The position numbers and the translations under genes were made by a program. The notes below the pieces were generated by a model that saw only the letters and a program-made list of their open reading frames with translations, did not search any database and was not told the origin of the DNA. From Candidatus Woesebacteria bacterium RIFCSPLOWO2_01_FULL_39_61 (GTDB taxonomy: Bacteria > Patescibacteriota > Microgenomatia > UBA8517), in assembly GCA_001793155.1 (NCBI GenBank), contig MGHI01000005.1, positions 23-64,022 on the forward strand: a DNA stretch of 64,000 nucleotides, in the 5' to 3' direction. Positions 1 to 10,886 of this stretch are shown here, piece after piece. Numbering within the stretch: position 1 is the stretch's first letter; each line of letters opens with the position of its first letter.

Positions 1-148
1 ATGTACGAGCCATTGTATAGACCTTTCACAAGATTTCAACCGTTCTGTATGTATCAGGTCCTAGACAATTTCTAAGGCTAAAGCGGGAATTGCTGTGTAG
101 CCTTGCTATACTTGGTGCAATCGACGTGATGGAATTAAATTTAACGAG

Positions 149-220
149 AGGCCGGAGCGGGAATTGCACCCGCGCATAGATGTTTTGCAGACACCCGTGT
201 TTCTACTTCACCATCCGGCC
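149..220 (-). tRNA. tRNA-Cys(GCA)
   Basis: Reverse complement GGCCGGATGGTGAAGTAGAAACACGGGTGTCTGCAAAACATCTATGCGCGGGTGCAATTCCCGCTCCGGCCT folds as a cloverleaf with anticodon loop CTGCAAA and discriminator U; CCA not encoded. Confidence 0.9.
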
Positions 221-257
221 GTTGAGCCTAATTGTATATCAATTCAGCTTCAAAAAC

Positions 258-292
258 AAAACCCCGAACCATAGTTTGTGGTTCGGGGTTTT
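258..292 (-). terminator. Intrinsic terminator downstream of hsp20
   Basis: AAAACCCCGAACCA...TGGTTCGGGGTTTT inverted repeat flanked by A/T runs. Confidence 0.8.
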
Positions 293-337
293 AGAAACTT
301 AATCTCTTACGATTTAAAAAATTCGAATTCATTAACC

Positions 338-748
338 TTATTTACTTTTAGCTCTTACTGTTACTTTTCTTGGCCTTGCGGCAGCGGCTTTAGGAATTAT
401 TATTTCCAAGACTCCCTGATCTACTTCTGCCTTTGCCTTATCCCATTTACCACCCGAAAGAGCGCATGTGTAATAATAATTATAAGTAGATGCTTTGTAT
501 TCTCCTTTTTTCTTTTCCTCCAGCTTTTTCTCGGCTCTAATCGTAACCACCCCGTCTTCGATATTCAATTCAACATCGTCGGCCGGTACTCCAGCCACTA
601 CCGCTTCAAGGTAAATATTTTTGTTATCTTCATGAATTCTCAAACCTCTTTGAGTCGTGACAGTTGGGAAAGTTTCGTCAAACTCATCCAGCCCTCGAGG
701 CCAAGCAAAGAGGCTTGCAAAAGGATCGCGTCTGATTAAATCTGCCAT
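338..748 (-). CDS. Hsp20/alpha-crystallin small heat-shock protein
   Basis: Alpha-crystallin motifs (AVVAGVPADDVELNIEDGVVTI; AEVDQGVLEIIIPK); likely start MADLIRRDPF after a GGAGGGGGTG SD. Confidence 0.92.
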   Translation of the reverse strand: MADLIRRDPFASLFAWPRGLDEFDETFPTVTTQRGLRIHEDNKNIYLEAVVAGVPADDVELNIEDGVVTIRAEKKLEEKKKGEYKASTYNYYYTCALSGGKWDKAKAEVDQGVLEIIIPKAAAARPRKVTVRAKSK

Positions 749-855
749 TTTTTTCACCCCCCTCCTAGGATATGGTCGCCACAGGCGGCATCTCATGGAG
801 TTTTGTGAGATGACAAAATCTATCTCACTGGAACCTTACAAAAAATCAAATTTGA

Positions 856-882
856 TTAGCACTTACACATGCTGAGTGCTAA
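856..882. promoter_or_regulatory. CIRCE operator (HrcA site) upstream of hsp20
   Basis: TTAGCACTT-N9-GAGTGCTAA, one mismatch to consensus; TTGACA(915-910)-17-TAATAT promoter just upstream on the minus strand. Confidence 0.9.
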
Positions 883-982
883 AGATATATTAATAATTTT
901 TTGTTTAGTTGTCAAGACACTTTATATCTTAAGGTAATAACAACTTGTCTCTCACCGAGGCTCGTGGTAAACTTCCTTCGTT

Positions 983-1912
983 GTGAGAAAACTAGGTTTG
1001 GCTGGATTAGTTGGTGCATCTTTGGTGCTTGTTATTGGTCTAATTTTTTTTATTTTTGGTTTCTTTAGACCTAAGGTTGCGGGTATCTATATAGATACAA
1101 ATCCCTCCTCCACCATTTATTTAAACGGAGAACAGGTTGGTAAAACACCCTATGACAAGTTAAGAGATCCCGGAGAAACTGTGATACGCTTAATTCCGGA
1201 ATCATTTCAGGCCCCACTGGTTCCCTATGAAACCAAAATAACCTTAGTACCGGGTGTAAAAACCGTAGTACGAAGAGATTTTGGAGAATCTCAGGAAACA
1301 TCAGCAGGAGAAATTGTTTCATTCGAGAAAATTGAAAGAGACCAATCAAGTTTGGTGGTTATTTCAATTCCCGATTCGGCTGAACTTTTGATAGACGGTA
1401 AGGATAAAACCTTCACTCCCCATAAAACGTCCGACATTCTACCCGGCGAACACACACTTGAACTCAGGGCAGACGGATATCAAAGTAGACCTGTTAACGT
1501 TAAAACCCATCAGGGGTATAAACTTACGGCCGTTGTCCAGCTGGCTCTATCAACAAGTACCACCCAAGTTCAGCCTACCCCCACGGAAAAACCAAAAGAA
1601 GAAAAACCCATGGTGGAAATACTATCAACCCCGGTTGGTTTCTTAAGAGTACGTAACCAACCCTCGAGTGTTGCTGACGAAGTTGGTAGGATTCAACCAG
1701 GGGAAAGGTACGTACTTTTATCAGAGGATGAAAAGACGGGTTGGTATAAAATCGGATATGAGGAAGGAAAGGAAGGCTGGATATCCAATCAGTATGCAAA
1801 AAAAATTGAAGCATCAAGTGTAACCCCCGCCGTAAGTCCTAGAGTTTCTCCAACACCGACCCCAAAGGTATTACTGAGTCCTACCAGGACTCCGCCATCA
1901 CCGAGCATTTAA
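983..1912 (+). CDS. Membrane-anchored PEGA-domain + SH3-domain protein
   Basis: N-terminal TM helix, two PEGA repeats (IYLNGEQVGKTP; LLIDG..TP..GEHTLEL..GY), SH3b (LRVRNQPS..GWYKI..GWIS), Pro/Thr tail. Confidence 0.8.
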   Translation: MRKLGLAGLVGASLVLVIGLIFFIFGFFRPKVAGIYIDTNPSSTIYLNGEQVGKTPYDKLRDPGETVIRLIPESFQAPLVPYETKITLVPGVKTVVRRDFGESQETSAGEIVSFEKIERDQSSLVVISIPDSAELLIDGKDKTFTPHKTSDILPGEHTLELRADGYQSRPVNVKTHQGYKLTAVVQLALSTSTTQVQPTPTEKPKEEKPMVEILSTPVGFLRVRNQPSSVADEVGRIQPGERYVLLSEDEKTGWYKIGYEEGKEGWISNQYAKKIEASSVTPAVSPRVSPTPTPKVLLSPTRTPPSPSI

Positions 1913-2847
1913 GCCGAAATTCCACCGTATAATATCCAAACAACTAGGGCAACCCACAAGATAACGGATGAGATTAACGAAATGTCTGTAAGCAGTAGTT
2001 TTTCGGGCGCCTCAGACTTACCTTCAAAAATTAAGCTCTGATATCTCATTATTCCGAAAATAACTACAGGAATAGTTATCATCAAAAGTTTATTGATTGC
2101 GGTGGTCCGAGAAAGTTCGGCCAAAACTATCCAAACAGGAGTCGATGCTTGAGGAGATTCAAAAAATGTAAAAAGGGCCCAACTCATCCAAGCAGCATTT
2201 CCGAACATAGTAACGTAGGAATTTAAAAGTTCACGACCGTATTTAAGAAGACTTCTTCTGGTTACTCCTGCCGATTCTAGAATATTGAGTTCGGCCCGTC
2301 TTTTTCCTGAAGCGAGGAATAAAGCCGAGGAAATTACGCAGAGCAAAAACCAAACGGAAAGATGTATGTCGATTACAAAAGCTCCTGCATAGACTCGGAT
2401 AATGAACCCGGTTGCAATAATTAGTATGTCGATAATATGCAGGTTTTTAAGCCCGAGGCTATAAGCAGCCTGCAAAGATAAGTATCCAATCACAGTTAGT
2501 AGGAAAAGAGTATTCAGATAAGAAGCTATATATAATGATAAAGATATAAGTACTATAATCTCCAAGAGTGCAAGAAGGAAAGACAGTTGTCCCGACGCTA
2601 TCGGACGATTTTTTTTGGTGGGGTGGAGACTGTCCACTCCCGCATCCAACATGTCGTTAAATATATAGGTAGCCGAAGTCGCAAAACTAAAAGAGAAAAA
2701 GGATAATAGTACTTTTGAAAAAAGAAAGTCGTTATAAAGATTTCCGGAAAAAATTAAAGCCGCGAATAGGGCAAAATTTTTTATCCAGTGCACTGGTCTT
2801 GCGACTTTTACAACCTGTTTAATTAGGTAAAATGGATCCTGGTTCAT
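1909..2847 (-). CDS. UbiA-family prenyltransferase (decaprenyl-phosphate phosphoribosyltransferase-like)
   Basis: RPxHWIKN and YIFNDMLDxxxDxxHPxKKNRPIASG motifs; multi-TM. Confidence 0.88.
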   Translation of the reverse strand: MNQDPFYLIKQVVKVARPVHWIKNFALFAALIFSGNLYNDFLFSKVLLSFFSFSFATSATYIFNDMLDAGVDSLHPTKKNRPIASGQLSFLLALLEIIVLISLSLYIASYLNTLFLLTVIGYLSLQAAYSLGLKNLHIIDILIIATGFIIRVYAGAFVIDIHLSVWFLLCVISSALFLASGKRRAELNILESAGVTRRSLLKYGRELLNSYVTMFGNAAWMSWALFTFFESPQASTPVWIVLAELSRTTAINKLLMITIPVVIFGIMRYQSLIFEGKSEAPEKLLLTDISLISSVILWVALVVWILYGGISA

Positions 2848-3914
2848 GGTTTAGGACGATATGTTAACCACAATAATAATCCACCAATAAGGACAAACAC
2901 TCCAATAATTGTATAGAACTTGTATGATGCGTTCAAATTTAGGGCAAAAATTCCGAGCATTGCAGTGATTGCCCAATAGAAAAATGCAACACTTCTTTTT
3001 GATAAACCAGCGTCTAATAATTTGTGATGAAGATGACCCCTGTCTCCCCAAAAAGGAGAATGACCTGTTAAAATTCTTCTTCCCATTGTGAACCCTGTGT
3101 CGATAAGTGGCACCGCAAGCACAACCATAAGTGTACCTACTTTAGTTGTTGATAAAATCGATAGTACCCCAAGTAAGTATCCGGCCAGGGTTGATCCCCC
3201 GAACCCCGGCATAATTTTTTGAGGGAATATATGCCAAGGTAAAAATCCTAGGTATGCCCCGGTTGTTATTGCTGCCAAAATTATTGCCGGCCATTGGGTA
3301 ATATCGGCGCTAAATCTGAGTGATAATGTCGTAATTGTTAAGCCGGCTACTACTGTCGTTCCTGACAACTGGCCATCGAGACCCGACGCCCCAATGTTTA
3401 CGAAGTTCATTAGGATTACGACCCAAAAAAGGGCGAATAAGTCGGATAATACCCAAATACTTCTTTCCTGACCCAAAAGACTAAAAGCAAACTGGGGATT
3501 TGATAAGTCCACTATTCCGTTAAATGGGTTGGTGATGAAAGAAATTCCTATACCTGCCGCTATAGGAAAGGAAGCAGCTAAGAACTGTACTACCAATCTG
3601 ACATAAGGGTTAATGTCGTATTTATCGTCTATAAAGCCTAGTACGGTGAGAACCAGTGCACCTAGAAGTATTCCCGTTAAGTGTTTATCTAAGGGTAAAA
3701 AGGCGGCTGTGGAGATTGCCACTCCTAAAAATATCGGTATTCCACCACCTCGAGGGACTGGGTATGTATGAATAACCTTTGGATGTTTATGTTTTTTGGG
3801 GTCGTCTACAATCCCCAATTTTTTGGCAGAAGCTATTACAATCGGGGTTACAAAGTAAGAAACTATCGCTGCTACCCCTAAAGGTAAAAATACAAGGTCA
3901 ATAATATTGTCCAT
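2844..3914 (-). CDS. MraY/WecA-family polyprenyl-phosphate GlcNAc-1-phosphate transferase
   Basis: HTYPVPRGGG, GFIDDK, GLDG, DRGHLHHKL motifs. Confidence 0.9.
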   Translation of the reverse strand: MDNIIDLVFLPLGVAAIVSYFVTPIVIASAKKLGIVDDPKKHKHPKVIHTYPVPRGGGIPIFLGVAISTAAFLPLDKHLTGILLGALVLTVLGFIDDKYDINPYVRLVVQFLAASFPIAAGIGISFITNPFNGIVDLSNPQFAFSLLGQERSIWVLSDLFALFWVVILMNFVNIGASGLDGQLSGTTVVAGLTITTLSLRFSADITQWPAIILAAITTGAYLGFLPWHIFPQKIMPGFGGSTLAGYLLGVLSILSTTKVGTLMVVLAVPLIDTGFTMGRRILTGHSPFWGDRGHLHHKLLDAGLSKRSVAFFYWAITAMLGIFALNLNASYKFYTIIGVFVLIGGLLLWLTYRPKP

Positions 3915-4370
3915 TTAAAAACTTCCGACCAGAAACATTATTTTAAAGGTAGTAATGGTTGAAATAAGCGCCGCGGCGAAAGCTACTATAATTAGGATTT
4001 GCTTTAAAAAATTGTTTTCGACGAAGAAGGTAAGAAACAAGTTTATTATCAAAACAACAAACGACAACATACTTGGGATAACTAAACCAAAAGAACTGGA
4101 AAGTTGTTCGGACCCTTCGGCTAAGCCGTAAAAAAGAGGAATCTCTGGGGGAAGATTGTGTTGAAATATAAATACTGAAATTAAACTTATTGAGATAAGT
4201 GCGATGCAAGTATAAACGACTTTTTTGAGTGGAATTTTTGCTAAGCTGGTTTCACCTTTTTTTACAAACAGACTTTGAAGATCGTTAGACCTGAGCAGTT
4301 TTTGGGAACGCTTTACCAGTTCTGATGATAGATACCCTTTTGGTATTTTTTTAGTATCTTTATTAGACAT
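3915..4370 (-). CDS. Hypothetical membrane protein (DUF1648-like)
   Basis: LPPEIPLFY motif between TM helices. Confidence 0.6.
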   Translation of the reverse strand: MSNKDTKKIPKGYLSSELVKRSQKLLRSNDLQSLFVKKGETSLAKIPLKKVVYTCIALISISLISVFIFQHNLPPEIPLFYGLAEGSEQLSSSFGLVIPSMLSFVVLIINLFLTFFVENNFLKQILIIVAFAAALISTITTFKIMFLVGSF

Positions 4371-4515
4371 AAACGAAAACGTTTTTTCTTTCCAGTTTCG
4401 GACCTAAAATTAAGTTACTCTTGGGAGTATCAACAATAAAACAGTGCGAAACGGGCTACTTATGTGATTGTATCAAAGTAATAACCCAACTTCACCAGCT
4501 TGTAGTATTTTGAAG

Positions 4516-6126
4516 TTATTGTCCGTAGTTGTTTAGACCTCTGAGGTTTGGACCTAAAAGTTTCCAAATTTGTGCCGAATCAATGATTTCAACCAAGCCG
4601 TAATTATTTCTTAGAAAAATTATCAAATCCGAGAAAGGGTTGGAATTGGGAAGGATTACAATTAAAACTGGTGGTGAGTTTCTTAAATTATTCATAACTT
4701 CGACCAGGTTTGAAAAGTCTTTTATGTGATAATCAGCTACATATTTTCCCGGTGGTAGTCGTCGGCTTAAAGCGTATATAGGAGACGAGTCACCCCAAAT
4801 AAAAACTTTTTCCTCAGGCTTAGTAAGCGAAAGTATATAATTTGCAATTTTGTAGTTTCTTTGTACTTGTCCGCCGAACGTTGATAAGTATTGATCTTTG
4901 GTGATTTTGCCTAAAGCGAAATTCACGAAGCGGGTGTAGTAGGGCAAGGTTGGATAATGCCAAAACCTATAATAGACCGGAACATAAAGTGTAAGCGTCA
5001 GAGGCAGTATAACCAACAACTGCTCGATATTTCTCAGGGTAAATAAAATGCCCAAAAGGAGCGATATTGGGCCTACTGATTGAATTAAATAGTGTGGATA
5101 AGGGCGTTCAGAAAGGGTTACTGCAAAAAGGGTCATCAATAGCCATGAGGTTATAAAAATAAATTGAGGAGACAATTTTCTTCTTTTCAAAAACATTATT
5201 AAGAGTCCCAAAGACGCAATTCCAAACCTTAGTAAAAGAGGCCCGTTTCGTTCTAGGAAGGGTTTTGCGACATCTCCGGGTCTAAAGCTTGACAAATACC
5301 CAACGTTTTGCAGGTAAGCCGCTATAAGATATTCTTTAAAGGCACCCCGTAAGGTATACCAAACAAAGGTAAGTGCGATGGGGATTATAAATCCTAACCC
5401 GAGATAAATTACTCTAAGACCGATTTTTTTCAAAGTAACCAAGCTGTATTTTTTGGGAATAACCAGCCATAAAATTATCACTGCCGGAATGTCAAATATT
5501 GCCGGAATTTTGAAAAGTGTCGCAAAAGAAAAAAACAGACCCGCGGTAAATATGTTTTTAAAATTTAATTCCCTTGTGAGAATGATCAAGAAGGCGATGA
5601 TGGTTGGGGCGATCATGAAAAGTTCGGCGTTGATGATATTTCCCTCTAATAAGGGAATGGTAATCAAAAGCGCAAATATTATTGTTGATATTTTTTGCAA
5701 ACTTTCCTTTTTGGGTCTCCGACCCTTGAGCGTCTCCGGCCCGGAGGGAAACATTGCAATAGATAATTTCCAGAAAAGAAAAATTGTTACCAGACTCCAA
5801 ATTGCCAAGATTGCTTTAAACCAAAAAAGACTTCCAGCGATAGCTGCAAGTATGTAAAGAAGCGGGGGCTTATTATCATGAATACCGCTATAAAGAGGGA
5901 TTCCCCGGCGTATTGCTTCGCCTAAAGTTAAATAAATCATTTCATCTCCGTAGGAGTAAGGTTCGAAAAAAGAAGGAATCCTGAGGATAAAGACTATTAT
6001 CAGTAGTATAAAAAGCCAGGTTGGAGTATGGAGTTTATCATTCAAAAAACCCAATAACCAATTCTTATTTCTAGCACTCATTTGCTTATAAATCCAGTTT
6101 ATCACAAAAGTCTGGTTTTGAGCCAT
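4516..6126 (-). CDS. GT-C fold membrane glycosyltransferase (ArnT/PMT-like)
   Basis: DE..Y and DNKPPLLY motifs; many TM helices. Confidence 0.8.
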   Translation of the reverse strand: MAQNQTFVINWIYKQMSARNKNWLLGFLNDKLHTPTWLFILLIIVFILRIPSFFEPYSYGDEMIYLTLGEAIRRGIPLYSGIHDNKPPLLYILAAIAGSLFWFKAILAIWSLVTIFLFWKLSIAMFPSGPETLKGRRPKKESLQKISTIIFALLITIPLLEGNIINAELFMIAPTIIAFLIILTRELNFKNIFTAGLFFSFATLFKIPAIFDIPAVIILWLVIPKKYSLVTLKKIGLRVIYLGLGFIIPIALTFVWYTLRGAFKEYLIAAYLQNVGYLSSFRPGDVAKPFLERNGPLLLRFGIASLGLLIMFLKRRKLSPQFIFITSWLLMTLFAVTLSERPYPHYLIQSVGPISLLLGILFTLRNIEQLLVILPLTLTLYVPVYYRFWHYPTLPYYTRFVNFALGKITKDQYLSTFGGQVQRNYKIANYILSLTKPEEKVFIWGDSSPIYALSRRLPPGKYVADYHIKDFSNLVEVMNNLRNSPPVLIVILPNSNPFSDLIIFLRNNYGLVEIIDSAQIWKLLGPNLRGLNNYGQ

Positions 6127-6146
6127 GGTGTCTGGAATACAGCTAT

Positions 6147-6175
6147 TGACTATATGTACAGAAATCTGTAATATG
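6147..6175 (+). promoter_or_regulatory. Sigma70 promoter with palindromic operator for TA operon
   Basis: TTGACT-17-TAATAT with TACAGA-AA-TCTGTA inverted repeat in the spacer; GTG start follows within 6 nt. Confidence 0.65.
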
Positions 6176-6180
6176 GTCTT

Positions 6181-6456
6181 GTGTCTAAGACGTTGCCAAT
6201 AACTAAAGCCAGAGAGAACCTTACAACGTTAGTCGATAGGGCAAGTAAGTTATTGGAAGAATTTATCATCACTGTTAAAGGAAAGCCAGAGGCCGTTCTT
6301 ATGTCTCACGACGAATTTGAGAGCTGGAAAGAGACAGTTGACATTTTGTCCGATCCCGAATTAATTGCTTCTATTAAAAAAGGCGAAAAAGATTTGAAAG
6401 AGGGCAAATATGTGACATTTGAAGAACTCAAAAGGCAACTTAAGCTTGATGTATGA
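6181..6456 (+). CDS. Phd/YefM-family antitoxin
   Basis: ITKARENLTTLVD..FIITVKGKPEAVLMS; overlaps toxin start. Confidence 0.9.
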   Translation: MSKTLPITKARENLTTLVDRASKLLEEFIITVKGKPEAVLMSHDEFESWKETVDILSDPELIASIKKGEKDLKEGKYVTFEELKRQLKLDV

Positions 6457-6700
6457 ACTCCGCATATCAGCCCAGGCAAGAAAGAGACTAAAGCAAATTT
6501 CGAAAAGAAGACAAGCTGCAGTTTTGTCGGCAATAAGAGAAATCAAAGAAGACCCTTTCATTGGAAAACCACTCACTCGCGAACTAACAGGAAGATTTTC
6601 TTACAAACTTGGAGTTTTTAGGATAATTTATAAAGTCAATAAAAAAGATAAAATTATTGAAATAATTACCGTCGGCCACAGAGTAACAGTTTACAATTAA
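6449..6700 (+). CDS. RelE/ParE-family toxin
   Basis: MYELRISAQA..GKPLTRELTGRFSYKLGVFRIIY..VGHR. Confidence 0.88.
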   Translation: MYELRISAQARKRLKQISKRRQAAVLSAIREIKEDPFIGKPLTRELTGRFSYKLGVFRIIYKVNKKDKIIEIITVGHRVTVYN

Positions 6701-6716
6701 GTGTTAATATTAAAGT

Positions 6717-8496
6717 GTGAAAAAGACTTTGAGTTACGGAGTTAGAGTTTTCTCTCTCGCTTGGCAGGCAAATGGTTATTATGCAGTACTTACTGTTTTA
6801 AGTAAGTTATACGATGGTACTCTTTATCCCTGACGCAGGTTTTTCTTCTCGCAAGGCTCTTGGATTTACTCCAAGTGCAAAAAACACTTACTTTTAATGA
6901 TCTGTCGTGGCTTATTGTGGTTTACCTTTTTGCAACGCTATTGAAGCTACTTCTAAAAAGCTTTCTGGACGTTAAAGAAAATTACCTTCTAAATAAGTTT
7001 GACAGCTACATTGATTTGCAGATATGCAAAAAACTGTCCGAGCTCGATCCTGCCAGATTTGAAGATCCGGAGTTTCAAAATTTAATAGCACAACTTGAGG
7101 GTGTAAAGGGAAGCATGCAGATGCAGTTGGGGCGATTTATAGGTTTTGTTGATGCCATCTTTAAGTTTGTAACTGCGACTATTGTGGTTTCTGCGACCTT
7201 TCCGTTTTTTGCACCACTAATTATGTTCGCAACCATACCGTCGTATATCACTTGGGAAAGAATTCGCTTAAAAATCTGGCCATATTATCTTGAAAAGAAA
7301 TCCCGACTGACCAGGGCTACCCAATATGTTAAAATTTATTATCTAGCGATTCTACATCAAAGGAAACAGCAATCTTTAATACAGGGGATTTAATTCTTAA
7401 CAAAATTAAGAGGGAGCAGAAATTCTATTATAGAAACTTTGCGAATGCAAACGACCCTTGGATAGGTTATTTACTGCTCGTACGGGTAATACAATTTGGA
7501 GCTTTTATTTACACACAATATTTAAATCTCTCAAGAGTGCTAGGTGGAACTTTGGGTGTAGGTCAATTTACTCTTGTTTTTCAACAAACCTTGAACCTCG
7601 CCTTTAGTTCGGAAGATATTTTGAATCAATATTCAAGCATTTCCGCACGGAATAAGTTTATCGATAAATATTTTGATTTTATGGAGACTGACAGAATAAT
7701 TAAATCGCCACCAAACCTCACGGATTTACCTAGAGATCCCCATCCGCCCTTAATAGAAGTTAAAAATGTTTCCTTTAAGTATCCGTCAACCGAGAGATAT
7801 ATATTGAAAGACTTCAATTTGACAATAAGAAGCGGCGAAAAGATTGCGTTGGTTGGAGAAAACGGTGCAGGAAAAACAACCCTTATTAAATTGCTTTTAA
7901 GATTCCATGATGTAACCGAAGGAGAGGTTCTTATAAATGGTGTCAATATAAAAGAGGTTGATTTGGACAAATGGCACGAGGAAATCGGTGCGTTATTTCA
8001 GGACTTTATTAAGTATCAGTTTACTTTTAAAGAGAATGTGTATTTTGGCGATTTATCAAAGCCGAAAAAAATAAAATTCTTAAAACTAGCAATTGAACAA
8101 TCAGGTGCTGATAAATTTATTGACACTCTTCCGGAAGGCAGGAATCAGATATTGGGTAAAATGTTTGAAGGTGGTATCGATTTATCGGGTGGACAGTGGC
8201 AAAAGCTTGCTTTGGCTCGAGCTTTTTATAGAAATGCACCGATTTTAATTCTTGATGAGCCAACGAGCGCAATTGACGCCAAAGCAGAGTACGAAATATT
8301 TCAAAAGGTTCAAAACTTACAGAAAGACAAAACCGTTGTGATAATTTCTCATCGTTTTTCAACGGTCAGGAGTGCGGACAGGATACTTGTTTTGGAGGGA
8401 GGAAAGATAATTGAAGAAGGAAATCACAGAGAATTAATGGAGAAGGAAGGTTTGTATGAAGAACTATTTACTATTCAGGCTCAAGGATATAAATAA
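6717..8496 (+). pseudogene. Fused ABC exporter (permease + ATPase) with two frameshifts
   Basis: GTG 6717 frame stops at CCC TGA (~6830), continues in the 6860 frame, shifts again at AAAATTT (~7335) into the 7537 frame with Walker A GENGAGKT, LSGGQ and LILDEPT. Confidence 0.8.
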
Positions 8497-8515
8497 CTAT
8501 TTAAATAAGTCTTTA

Positions 8516-9325
8516 TTAGTTTAGCAAAATTTTTAACGCGGGTTCGAGGGTGATTGCGTGACCAGAACCGTAAACGATAAATATATTTCTACCATTATTC
8601 CAAAGCATCAAAATTTCTTTAACTATGTAAGTATTTCTATACCCACTGGAAGCTGCACTCACCTCTGAATTTATTGGATTTGAGTCGTTATAAAAACAAT
8701 CGTAATTTTCTTTGTCAAATTTGTGGTTATGAAACTTATCGTGCAATTGAATCATATGATTTAAAGAAAAATCAAAGCCTTTCCAATTAAGTATATTTTT
8801 GTACTCTTTTAAAAGACGTTCGGTATACTTTTCAAAATCAGGCCTTTCAAGGTAACTGTGCCACTGAGCAACTTGCCTGGCAAAATAGTAATAAATTATT
8901 TTTTCCTTACCAAACTTTTTACTGATTGAATTTGCTTCTTTGGTTTCATCTGGTTCTGGGGAAACAACTTCTATATTTTCTTTGTTTGCTAAGAGTGTCA
9001 TCAGTCCCGGCTCGCCGTGTTTTTCGATTGCAACCTTTTCACTTTTTAAAACAGGTCTTAGTCCTCCTTCGACAAGAACAATGCAATTCTTCTTTTTTGT
9101 AACTCCTAGAAACACATTCCACCAATCTTTAATTGTTTTAACCTGGGAGTCTTTTGGATTGAAAATATGATGTGGTCCGAGAAAATAAAGTTGTTGGTTG
9201 CCTTTAACTATTTTGTAAAAATATGGATATTTGAACTTTTGTTTGTGAAGCTTTTGGTAAACCTCATTCATTTCTTTTGGAGTTAAAAGAAGTTTTTCAA
9301 TCCATTTTTCGGGACTATTCTTCAT
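8516..9325 (-). CDS. Hypothetical protein (possibly TraB/GumN-like)
   Basis: 269-aa ORF; VLVEGG and IVYGSGH motifs. Confidence 0.6.
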   Translation of the reverse strand: MKNSPEKWIEKLLLTPKEMNEVYQKLHKQKFKYPYFYKIVKGNQQLYFLGPHHIFNPKDSQVKTIKDWWNVFLGVTKKKNCIVLVEGGLRPVLKSEKVAIEKHGEPGLMTLLANKENIEVVSPEPDETKEANSISKKFGKEKIIYYYFARQVAQWHSYLERPDFEKYTERLLKEYKNILNWKGFDFSLNHMIQLHDKFHNHKFDKENYDCFYNDSNPINSEVSAASSGYRNTYIVKEILMLWNNGRNIFIVYGSGHAITLEPALKILLN

Positions 9326-10691
9326 TAGATTTCAGATACCATATAAATTTAAGCTCGTCGAATTCTTTGACTTCTTTCTCGGAGTACCCAGGTAAGGTTA
9401 TCTCATCAACGGGCCCGCTGGTCACCACGCCGACTCTCCTAACTTCTTTCGGTATTTCTTTTATAATATCTTTATCTTCCATTAATGCAGTTCCGACAAA
9501 AAAGGGCAGGTTTCCTCCCGAAGGGATATAAATAGGAGCACCAATTCCGTAATATTTTGTTTCCCAAAGGTGATGGCTTTTAGAATTCCAATTAATAAGA
9601 AAGTCTCCCTCCTTTTTAACAGTTTTGACATAAGTTGCGTATTCCCTGAAAGGAGGTTTGGTCGGATGGGTAAAATAATAAATATCAATCGTAGCAAAGA
9701 GGCCAACGACTAGAGAAAGAAGTATCGGTGATAAAAGTCTGCGCCGCGATGAGGAAAGTACTAGCATTGCACCGGGAATAGTATACAAAAGGTAGCGATT
9801 GAAAAATATTGACTGGAAGCGTTGGGAAATTATCCAGGTGGCCCCGATAGGAAGCAGAAACCAAAGTAAGAGAAAGAAAGAGGATTTAAAATTTTTAAAC
9901 CAGTTTCTTAATAAAAGTGCAGCCAGAACCAGGTATAGTGCTATTTGGTGTAACCCTTTATTTAAAAAGGGAACAACATAAGGGTGTTGTTTTATTCCCT
10001 CGGCTAGATAGTCGTATATTAAATTTCTTAGATCAGTTAAATTTGGAGTTCCCAGCCAAAAACCCCCGCCGACCATTTTGGTTTGGGTGTACAAAGGATA
10101 TAACCAGGGTAGATATCCGAGCCCTGTTATTAAAAATATTTTAAACATCTTTTTGGCTCTTGCTCTTTTGCCAATAGTCAGTTCATACAGCCACCAGAGG
10201 CCTTGTACGGCAACGGCGAAAAAGGCGAAATGGTGCGAATATAGTGCCCAAAGAGTAAAAACGACGTAACCGAGCTTGTCTCGCCTTCTTATGCCTTCTT
10301 CGTTTCTGAAAATACGTAAGAAATAGTACATTGAAGCAGCGACCCCCAGACTCATAATTGAATACATCCTTCCTTCAAAGGCATAAGTAAAAAAGAAGGG
10401 ATTAAGAAAAGTTAAAATCGCAGCTAAAAATCCAGTTTTTCTACTAAACAAAAACGAACCTATTTTGTATGTAAAAATAACAGTTGCGAAAAAAAATGCA
10501 AAAGAAAGTCCTCTGATATAAATTTCTTCTGCTCCTAAATACCGAAAGAGTAGATGTTCAAAGATATTCCACAAAGGAGGGGACGTGTCGCGGGAAATAA
10601 TTTTTAAAATATCGGGAATTGATTTCATAGAAAGGATTGCAGAAAATCCCTCGTCTCCCCAGATGCTTTGGTTAAATACTGTTTCGAGCAT
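9315..10691 (-). CDS. GT39/PMT-like membrane glycosyltransferase
   Basis: SIWGDEGFS, DTSPPL, EGRMYS motifs. Confidence 0.85.
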   Translation of the reverse strand: MLETVFNQSIWGDEGFSAILSMKSIPDILKIISRDTSPPLWNIFEHLLFRYLGAEEIYIRGLSFAFFFATVIFTYKIGSFLFSRKTGFLAAILTFLNPFFFTYAFEGRMYSIMSLGVAASMYYFLRIFRNEEGIRRRDKLGYVVFTLWALYSHHFAFFAVAVQGLWWLYELTIGKRARAKKMFKIFLITGLGYLPWLYPLYTQTKMVGGGFWLGTPNLTDLRNLIYDYLAEGIKQHPYVVPFLNKGLHQIALYLVLAALLLRNWFKNFKSSFFLLLWFLLPIGATWIISQRFQSIFFNRYLLYTIPGAMLVLSSSRRRLLSPILLSLVVGLFATIDIYYFTHPTKPPFREYATYVKTVKKEGDFLINWNSKSHHLWETKYYGIGAPIYIPSGGNLPFFVGTALMEDKDIIKEIPKEVRRVGVVTSGPVDEITLPGYSEKEVKEFDELKFIWYLKSNEE

Positions 10692-10886
10692 AATTTATTA
10701 TGCGAATCCCGCCAGTTCGCTCCTCGAGCCGTTTACGAATAGTATGGAAAAGGCGAGAGGTAAGAACCTGTGGGACATAATTTCAGTTTAGCAAGTTTCA
10801 GAGTTTGAATAAACTATTTTTTATAAAAGTTATGAAATGGGAAACATTGACAGAGAATAGATAGGACAAGTAGTATGTATTAAAAA

